Assembly (NCBI GenBank): GCA_000002435.2
Contig: CM018791.1
DNA from: Giardia intestinalis
Lineage: Eukaryota
Reading direction: 5' to 3' (one strand)
Length of the DNA stretch: 64,000 nucleotides
The translations under genes and the position numbers were made by a program. Below are positions 57,681 through 64,000 of this stretch, one piece after another; the first letter of the stretch is position 1; each line of letters opens with the position of its first letter. The notes below the pieces were generated by a model. It was not told the DNA's origin, made no database searches, and saw only the letters and a program-made list of their open reading frames with translations.

Positions 57681-59543
57681 ATGGACGATTATGTCGACGA
57701 TCCCTCGGACGATGCACTCTTCGATGATCAGGACGCCAATGCCGGCGGTCTAGGTCGAGAGAAGATCGGATTGCATACCAATGAGGATCTTGCGGGATCT
57801 CGGGGGGTCTTCAAGCAGGTAAAGGTTAGCTCCACATCCCAAGATCGCACCAAAAGTGCAAAGCATATACCTGTACAGCCCATTCCAGAGAGTAATCAGG
57901 AGGTAGTGGAAACGATTAGAACACTCAGTGAAGAAAATGCCCTATTATTGAACAAGGTGAAGGAGCTCACTAAAAATGCCCCTACCGCAGAAAGAGGAAA
58001 CATTAAGAAAGTGATTGTTGACCTCAACACACAAATTCGTCAACTCACATCTGTTAATGAGCGGTATAAGAGCAAAATTTCAGAACTTGAACAAGTCAAC
58101 AAGGTTTTAACCACAGAGACTAACCAGTTAAGCAGCAAGCTAGAAGTCCTTGCAAAGCGCCAGCAAGAGCAGCCGTCTAAAAGCACCTCTGCACGCGGGT
58201 CACAACTGTCATCGAAGGCTTCCCACGATAAAGAGCCAGATGACTCTGTCCTTCTCAAATTGGGCCAACTGAATATTCAGATTAATGCTCTTACAAAGGA
58301 GAATACGATGTTAAAGACCGTGCTCCAAAGGGAGACAGGCGAGGATTGGACGACTCTAAAGACCAAGTCACTGTCTACGACCTATAGGGGGCGATCTGAA
58401 GAGATTTCTCTGCTCAAGGGTAAGTTAGTGTCGGCACAAGACCACATACAACAACTGGAGGCAGAATTAGCAAATGCGCGGGGGCTCATTGAGGTGCCGG
58501 ACAACCCTGAAACTGCATACCTCGGTGAAGAGTCTCGTGCAGCCAATTACATCGCTACCATACGTGAACAGTATCACACCCAGATCGACAACTTAACTGC
58601 TGATGTGCAGAGGCAGGCAGATCGCCTGGCAGAGAAAGATGCACGGATCAAAGACTTGGTGGAGAAGGACAAAAAGAACTCTGTGCGAATTGCAAGCTTA
58701 AACAATGAGCTGAACGTCGTTAAGACAGGCGCAAAGAGCATGCTTGCAAAGGCAAAGCATGATGATCTCACAATAGAGCTGTTGAGAAAGTACATTGATT
58801 CCGGGGCCAATCAGTCCAAGACGAGAGACATGCCCGTATATGACCAACTCATGCTTGCAGAGAATGCTGTAAAGGCGTCCGAAGCCAAGCTGGAGGCGGT
58901 GATGCAGACGACGAAATCCTCGTCTGACCAGGCAGTCTATGTCGCAGCAGCTGCACGGCTAGAGGCTCATGAGCTGCGTGCCGTTGTGGAACGGCTTCAG
59001 TACACAGTGGATGTCCTTGCGCGCCAGGTTCGAGAGCTGGAAGCTTCCAGAGGGCAAATAAGCAATTTGATGTCTGCACTAGTGTCTTCCTCTACCTCGT
59101 TGGAGCCTTATGTAGACCAGCTATCTCCGCAAGCATACGAGGTTCAAATTGCCTCCAAGGACTTTGAGCTCCAGAGTCTTCGCAGAGTTGTAGAGCAGCT
59201 CAATCAAGCCTTCGCAGACATTGGCGGACAAAGCCTGACGAGCACGGGCGACAAGGCTGCGACCATGACCACAGGATATATGTCCCAGGGAGACACTAAA
59301 GAGATTGATTCTTTACTCAGTACAGTCAACGGCACGACTGGTGTGACTGGTACGGCTGCCGCAGTTAGCACGCTCGCTGTTACCGCTGCAAACCAGGCTG
59401 TGGCCAAGCACCTAATAGAGCAGAAGCCAAAGAAGCTCAAGCGCACAAAGGAGGTAGGAGAAGAAATGTATAGACCCTTATCTACGGAATCAGGCACTTC
59501 AGACGATGGACTCTGCAAGCAGCCGGTAGAGACACAGGAATAA
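57681..59543 (+). CDS. Coiled-coil protein (620 aa), function unknown.
   Basis: Acidic N-terminus followed by extended heptad-like sequence. ATG 57681 preceded by cttttttaa. Confidence 0.7.
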   Translation: MDDYVDDPSDDALFDDQDANAGGLGREKIGLHTNEDLAGSRGVFKQVKVSSTSQDRTKSAKHIPVQPIPESNQEVVETIRTLSEENALLLNKVKELTKNAPTAERGNIKKVIVDLNTQIRQLTSVNERYKSKISELEQVNKVLTTETNQLSSKLEVLAKRQQEQPSKSTSARGSQLSSKASHDKEPDDSVLLKLGQLNIQINALTKENTMLKTVLQRETGEDWTTLKTKSLSTTYRGRSEEISLLKGKLVSAQDHIQQLEAELANARGLIEVPDNPETAYLGEESRAANYIATIREQYHTQIDNLTADVQRQADRLAEKDARIKDLVEKDKKNSVRIASLNNELNVVKTGAKSMLAKAKHDDLTIELLRKYIDSGANQSKTRDMPVYDQLMLAENAVKASEAKLEAVMQTTKSSSDQAVYVAAAARLEAHELRAVVERLQYTVDVLARQVRELEASRGQISNLMSALVSSSTSLEPYVDQLSPQAYEVQIASKDFELQSLRRVVEQLNQAFADIGGQSLTSTGDKAATMTTGYMSQGDTKEIDSLLSTVNGTTGVTGTAAAVSTLAVTAANQAVAKHLIEQKPKKLKRTKEVGEEMYRPLSTESGTSDDGLCKQPVETQE

Positions 59544-59600
59544 TAAAGACATCTGGCTTTGGAAAGGATAGATAATTGCTTAAACATTCTTAAAAATTTG

Positions 59601-60113
59601 ATGGTGGTCTCCGTGGCTGACGACTTAGTTACTAAACTCCACGTGCAAAATCCAGACGGTGTGACGCCATCGGTTCTACTAGCATTTTTAAGCAGTATCA
59701 AGGAGAAGCCGGAGGTGCTCACGGAGGCCACGGTGGAGTCTGTCCTTCTGATGTGCAGCAGTCACTACACTGGGGTTCTGTTGGGGTTCAATAACATCAA
59801 GCGTGCTGTGTACGTCTTTTCCAATTATACAAAGGACCAGTACTACGCCCTTTACTTGTATTGTGACAAAAGATACCGAGGAATTTTGAGTTCCAGCGAG
59901 TTAATTTCGGCCCTCAGGCGCATTAACATCGGCCTGACTGAGCGCGCATGTGCGTCTATGCTTGAGGACTACACCCAGGAGATTGCAGCGAACAAGGGCA
60001 TCACGTACCGCACTTTCATGCAAGTCCTGGTAAAGTGCATAATCTTCAGACGACAATTCCTGGATGCTCTTGAGGGAGACAAGAACCTTACCTATATACG
60101 AATCAAGCGGTGA
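59601..60113 (+). CDS. Small (170 aa) protein with a degenerate EF-hand-like pair; tentative.
   Basis: Helix-loop-helix segments DKRYRGILSSSELISAL and EIAANKGITYRTF carry Gly at loop position 6 and a hydrophobic residue at position 8, but lack the canonical Asp ligands. Start re-anchored from TTG (59559) to ATG 59601, preceded by cattcttaaaaatttg. Confidence 0.4.
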   Translation: MVVSVADDLVTKLHVQNPDGVTPSVLLAFLSSIKEKPEVLTEATVESVLLMCSSHYTGVLLGFNNIKRAVYVFSNYTKDQYYALYLYCDKRYRGILSSSELISALRRINIGLTERACASMLEDYTQEIAANKGITYRTFMQVLVKCIIFRRQFLDALEGDKNLTYIRIKR

Positions 60114-60198
60114 CACGGTTTGGCACCGAGAGAGCAACGGATAGATTTGCCAAAACACTCTGTAATTTTCAATTTTAAAAATCTTTGCAATATTTATT

Positions 60199-61329
60199 TT
60201 ATTCGTAAAAGAAATCATAGATGAATGCGCAACAAATGCTTGCTAGTATGTGACAATCGATTCGATCTATGACGCCGCCGTGTCCGGGTATTAAATTGCT
60301 GAAGTTTTTAATTTTTGCACAGCGCTTGGCAAGCGAGGCCAGCATGCCCCCAACTGGCCCCACGATGCTTATCCACAGAGCAAGGAGCATGCAGCAGATG
60401 TACATCCGGCTCAGCTGACTGTTGTCCAGTAGAGACACACCGTGGGTAGCGGCCTTCGTCGCTGCTGCGGCCATTGTGGCAGCCTGCATGGCTGCGTCAG
60501 CATCCAGCCTAGACCTAAATACCTCGCCACCAAACTTTTCGATCAAGGGGATTGCACAGAAATGCGAAAATACTAGGGTGGCAACCCCGGCACCAATGTA
60601 CCCCTCCCAAGTCTTCGACGGCGAGACGCGTACTAAGGAATGGCGCCCCAGCAGCTTTCCTAGTATGTATGCGAAGGTGTCGTTCGCAACCACTAGTACA
60701 GAGGGAAGATAAAAATACATCCCATCCTTCTGGACGGTCATGATGATACGTATCTCCAGACAAGTCAGAAACAGCCCTCCCATAACCCATCCACAAAAGT
60801 TCAGGACGGGCAAGAACGGGTCCCTCACGTGAAGAAGTAGAACAAGGAGGAAGAAGGTGCTGATGACAAAGCTGTATAGTTTGTTAAAAAGATAGGGCAG
60901 ACCATTCTGCACTGCTCGCAAGGCCATGAATAATGCATTAGCAAGGCTGGGTGATAGCCTGGCTGCATAGAAGACTACGTAGGAGCCTACCCTCTCCACA
61001 AACTTGCCCAAAAACTCTGGCAAGTCCATGTTTGCCGTGAGCACGGCAAGGTAGAGAGACCAGGCCGTGAGGATCATGAAGCATGCCGAGCGAGGACAGT
61101 GGACACGCAGCGAGGCACTCGCCGTGTGCAGTATCTCATAATATGTGCAGAAGGAAAGCAGCAATAGAGTGTAAGGGAGATAGAACGGATACCAGAGCAT
61201 AGAGCCGAAAAATACAATCATGCACACTCCAGACACTGTTCTCACAATTAAGCGAAAGATACTATCACGGCGCCCTCCAGGCGCGGCAGCTGGTGGCTTG
61301 GCAACCGCACGTCTGTGTTTAGCCCCCAT
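60199..61329 (-). CDS. Phosphatidate cytidylyltransferase (CDP-diacylglycerol synthase).
   Basis: The C-terminal signature SLAKRCAKIKNFSNLIPGHGGVIDRIDC matches the CDS family pattern S-x-K-R-x4-K-x5-PGHGG-x-D-R-x-D, and SPSKTWEGYIGAG is present. The protein is multi-TM. Confidence 0.85.
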   Translation of the reverse strand: MGAKHRRAVAKPPAAAPGGRRDSIFRLIVRTVSGVCMIVFFGSMLWYPFYLPYTLLLLSFCTYYEILHTASASLRVHCPRSACFMILTAWSLYLAVLTANMDLPEFLGKFVERVGSYVVFYAARLSPSLANALFMALRAVQNGLPYLFNKLYSFVISTFFLLVLLLHVRDPFLPVLNFCGWVMGGLFLTCLEIRIIMTVQKDGMYFYLPSVLVVANDTFAYILGKLLGRHSLVRVSPSKTWEGYIGAGVATLVFSHFCAIPLIEKFGGEVFRSRLDADAAMQAATMAAAATKAATHGVSLLDNSQLSRMYICCMLLALWISIVGPVGGMLASLAKRCAKIKNFSNLIPGHGGVIDRIDCHILASICCAFIYDFFYE

Positions 61330-61397
61330 TTTTAATTTATGGACATTTGGACAGAATTCTTAAAATGTACTGAATAAAATGCACTGAGGGCGTTTTT
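61330..61397. promoter_or_regulatory. 68-bp AT-rich divergent spacer between the CDP-DAG synthase (-) and the DEAD-box helicase (+); putative bidirectional promoter.
   Basis: ATGs at 61327-61329 (-) and 61398 (+). The spacer is tttaatttatggacatttggacagaattcttaaaatgtactgaataaaatgcactgagggcgttttt. Confidence 0.35.
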
Positions 61398-63080
61398 ATG
61401 ACCCACTTTGCCCTGTTCGAAGATGAAAGTATTAGCGAAAATGTAGCGGGAAGCACATCTATAACGCATGCAGTTTCCATAGGAGATTCAACTCCCGCCT
61501 CAGAGTCCCCAGAAGAGCCTACTAAACCTCCTCCTTTGTGCGATGCTTCGGAGGCACTTAGAGGCACCAGTACAGAGGTCACTTTTAGTTCCTTGGGCGT
61601 GTCTCCTATGCTTGCACAACTCCTAAACCAGTACACCATCACAGTGCCCACAGACATTCAACAAAAGTCGCTTCCATACACGATGCAGGGGCGGGACTTT
61701 TGTGGAATAGCCCGCACAGGATCGGGGAAAACACTCTGCTTTGCGCTTCCGATTCTTCAGGAGCTTTCTCAGGATCCTTATGGAATATTTGCACTCGTTC
61801 TTACCCCAACTCGTGAGCTTGCCCTTCAGATAGAGCAGCAAATGAACGCTTATGGAAACCCTCTGGGTATACAGGCTCAGAGCTTGATCGGAGGGAAGGA
61901 CTCGGTCGAGCAGTCGGCAATCTTAGATTCCAGGCCGCACATCCTCATCGCTACGCCAGGGAGGCTAGCGTACATGCTAGAGTCCGCTGCTGCCCAAAGG
62001 AACTTCCGCCGAATGAAGTACTTAGTTCTAGATGAGGCGGACAGGCTTCTTTGTGGCGACCCAGAATTCAACAAGCAGCTTACAATGATCCTCCAGGCGC
62101 TGCCTCCCATCAGCAAGCGCACAACCTTTCTCTTCACGGCAACGCTAAGTAACAACCTAAAGCATTTCCTCACCAACGACTCAAACACTATACCATCCGG
62201 CGACAACCGAGAGCAGCGTATGAAGCGATTTACTTACATTAATGTGGAAGGAAAGGACATGGCGCTAGTGCAGCAGCTTATCCAAAAGTATCTATTGATT
62301 CCTCAGCCCAGTCACAAGGTCACCTGGCTCGCATGGCTCCTATCTATGATTTCAGGAATCCAGATTAATAAGAGGTCAGACAACGCCATAGCTAGCACAG
62401 AATACAAACTCGATGACCTGGCAGATCTTTCCTTCAACCGTTCCTCTTCACTTGGCTCGAAGCTAACTGAAGAGAGAGTGAAAGAGCTGATTGTCCTGGG
62501 AGGTGTCCGCTCAATAATAATTTTCACCGACACCTGCACATCCTGCTCAGAACTGGAGCTCACACTAGCAGAGCTGAAGTTCCCTGTATGCGCGCTGCAT
62601 GGGCTCATGACCCTTGACCAAAGAATATACAACATGAAACTGTTTAAAACGTACCAGGCACGGATCCTAGTGGCTACAGACTTGGCCAGCCGTGGCTTGG
62701 ACATAGACACGGTCGATTTGATAATCAACTACAATGTGCCCAGTACTCCCGACGATTATATCCATCGTGTTGGACGCACGTGCCGGGCAGGACGAGATGG
62801 CTGCGCTATCACGTTCGTGGAGGCACCAGAGAGGGACAGACTGTATGCCATAGAGGAGCAAACACAGAAGCAGTTGACTAATTTGCGATATGTAATCGAC
62901 AGGACAAACAGCGACAGGGTTATCCGAGTGTCAGAAGAGGTCATTTTAACTGCATATTACATCACTGTCTCTTCTGCTAATATTACTGCAAAATTGAAGC
63001 GCGAAGAGCAGGGGGTTACTGAGCAAAATGAAAAACGGAACAAATGGCGGCTTGAAAAACGGCGCGGCGTGAAATTGTGA
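61398..63080 (+). CDS. DEAD-box ATP-dependent RNA helicase, DDX49/Dbp8-like, with a ~40-aa insertion before motif IV.
   Basis: Q-motif region (VPTDIQQKSLP), ARTGSGKT (motif I), PTRELALQ, DEAD (LVLDEADRLL), TAT (motif III), IIFTDT, ILVATDLASRGLDI, HRVGRTCRAGRDG. The segment YLLIPQPSHKVTWLAWLL parallels DDX49 YLLVPEKVKDAYLVHLI. Confidence 0.88.
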   Translation: MTHFALFEDESISENVAGSTSITHAVSIGDSTPASESPEEPTKPPPLCDASEALRGTSTEVTFSSLGVSPMLAQLLNQYTITVPTDIQQKSLPYTMQGRDFCGIARTGSGKTLCFALPILQELSQDPYGIFALVLTPTRELALQIEQQMNAYGNPLGIQAQSLIGGKDSVEQSAILDSRPHILIATPGRLAYMLESAAAQRNFRRMKYLVLDEADRLLCGDPEFNKQLTMILQALPPISKRTTFLFTATLSNNLKHFLTNDSNTIPSGDNREQRMKRFTYINVEGKDMALVQQLIQKYLLIPQPSHKVTWLAWLLSMISGIQINKRSDNAIASTEYKLDDLADLSFNRSSSLGSKLTEERVKELIVLGGVRSIIIFTDTCTSCSELELTLAELKFPVCALHGLMTLDQRIYNMKLFKTYQARILVATDLASRGLDIDTVDLIINYNVPSTPDDYIHRVGRTCRAGRDGCAITFVEAPERDRLYAIEEQTQKQLTNLRYVIDRTNSDRVIRVSEEVILTAYYITVSSANITAKLKREEQGVTEQNEKRNKWRLEKRRGVKL

Positions 63081-63450
63081 TACGCTTGTAAATTCTCTGT
63101 TCACAGAAATTGTCCTCCAAGACCATTGCATAGACTGATTGTCCCGTGTGGAGCTTTTTCCTCTCCCCCTCCTTCTCTCTGCGTGCTTTTTCTCTGTTTG
63201 TGCGTGTGCACGCGTGTACATATGTCCAACAGCAGAGAGTTACTGTTTACTTCAATCAAAGTTCACTGATTGACATCTTTGTGACATTACCAACGCTCCT
63301 GTAACGCACAAACCGCAAAGAAGAAATCATAAGAAGAACACAACTACAGCAAGAAACCTTTACCCTCACACTCTAACCAATCATTGAGTGTAAGAGCAAA
63401 GGCAAGCCGAATTCGCGCGCCGCTGCAAGAAGGGAATGCTAGACCCTCAC

Positions 63451-64000
63451 CTACTGTGCCTCATATTCGTTCATGCTAGCTGCCTCCACGTTGGCACTGA
63501 CACTGCCCTGTGGAATGGCAGGAAGAGCCCCGCTGGCCTGGTCAGACTCAAGAACTTTGTTAATCACATCATTGATTTCGGCCTCGACGCGCGCATCCAT
63601 GTCATTGCTCTGAAGGGCGTTTTCAAACTGAGAGTTGAAGATGGAGTTGACTATGCCCATTCGCTCCAGCTCTCTGGACATGTTCACTATACCCTCTCTA
63701 AACCCATTAGTGCTGAATAGTTCGTTGATCCTCCCGACGACAGCGCCCGAGTCTTTGATAAGGGCGTGAATCTGCTGCTGAGTCGCCTGAAGCCTCACTT
63801 CTCTCTCAAGACTTGTGACCTGGACGATGAAGAGATTTATCTGATCCTTCACCTTCTTGGCGTCAAGACAGGACTTCGCAAGAGCTCTCATGCCTTCGGA
63901 ACAGTCGTAATTCAGCTTGGCCATCTCTCTCATCTCACGTTGAAGCCTGCTGACATGAGAGTCAATTTCCCTAATTTCCTTGTTGAAAGCGCTAACAGAA
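63451..64000 (-). CDS. ESCRT-III subunit (Snf7/CHMP family, Vps2/Vps24-like). The 5' end is cut by the window edge.
   Basis: The reading frame stays open upstream of the Met at 63933 to the window end (..SVSAFNKEIREIDSHVSRLQREMREMAKL..). It has a basic N-terminal helical half and an acidic C-terminal half (..DMDARVEAEINDVINKVLESDQ..), as in CHMP2/3. Confidence 0.6.
   Translation of the reverse strand, partial: SVSAFNKEIREIDSHVSRLQREMREMAKLNYDCSEGMRALAKSCLDAKKVKDQINLFIVQVTSLEREVRLQATQQQIHALIKDSGAVVGRINELFSTNGFREGIVNMSRELERMGIVNSIFNSQFENALQSNDMDARVEAEINDVINKVLESDQASGALPAIPQGSVSANVEAASMNEYEAQ

Noticed and set aside
62312-63221. Antisense ORFs within the DEAD-box helicase gene and the + strand ORF 63436-63720 antisense to the ESCRT-III gene.
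   Set aside because: They are embedded in or opposite strongly motif-supported genes. Their translations lack any protein-like pattern.
1-64000. Search for prokaryote-style systems: CRISPR repeats, defence islands, integrases or transposases, toxin-antitoxin pairs, rRNA or tRNA genes.
   Set aside because: No regularly spaced direct repeats and no recognisable IS or recombinase ORFs. By eye there is no tRNA-like T-arm or acceptor pairing in the few spacers long enough. The window is ordinary, densely packed eukaryotic (diplomonad-type) chromosome, so I do not claim a novel multi-gene system.

Overview
This window looks like a gene-dense chromosomal segment from a eukaryote of the diplomonad (Giardia) type. 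It is not a prokaryotic accessory region, and I see no CRISPR array, rRNA, convincing tRNA or transposon.

The evidence for the organism call is all from the sequence. It has very long intronless ORFs (4.8k, 2.0k, 1.75k and 1.5k aa) and intergenic spacers of only 0–160 bp. ATG codons sit directly after short AT-rich tracts. There are many coiled-coil proteins, a leucine-rich-repeat giant, NEK-type kinases or pseudokinases fused to ankyrin repeats (the '21.1' architecture), and a core histone.

I annotate about 23 protein-coding genes. The ones I can name with reasonable confidence are:
- a CAMK-like (AMPK/MARK-related) kinase
- an Fe-dependent alcohol dehydrogenase
- a PFS2/WDR33-like WD40 protein
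- a secreted FKBP
- a Trm3/TARBP1-type giant protein with a SpoU methylase domain
- an ELMO-domain protein
- casein kinase 2 alpha
- a Cid1-type nucleotidyltransferase
- histone H2A
- a MATE/MOP-like membrane protein
- CDP-diacylglycerol synthase
- a DDX49/Dbp8-like DEAD-box helicase
- an ESCRT-III subunit, cut by the window edge

The ORF track uses non-ATG starts (TTG/GTG) in several places; I re-anchored those genes to the first in-frame ATG preceded by an AT-rich tract.

The most unusual locus is at 23.5–25.4 kb. A GC-rich NEK-like kinase ORF there has no in-frame ATG before kinase subdomain VIII and an in-frame stop, and is followed by a ~660-bp GC-rich spacer carrying an ankyrin-repeat remnant. 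I read this as a decaying NEK-ankyrin gene.

Three promoter-proximal spacers each contain a perfect 13-nt duplicated motif. One gene pair has zero intergenic bases, so the promoter of the downstream gene lies inside the upstream coding sequence. Two convergent genes overlap at their 3' ends.

The 4,835-aa protein has no recognisable domains apart from a Cys/His cluster. I do not find a coherent novel multi-gene system and say so. All functional assignments rest on motif recognition by eye and need HMM or BLAST confirmation.
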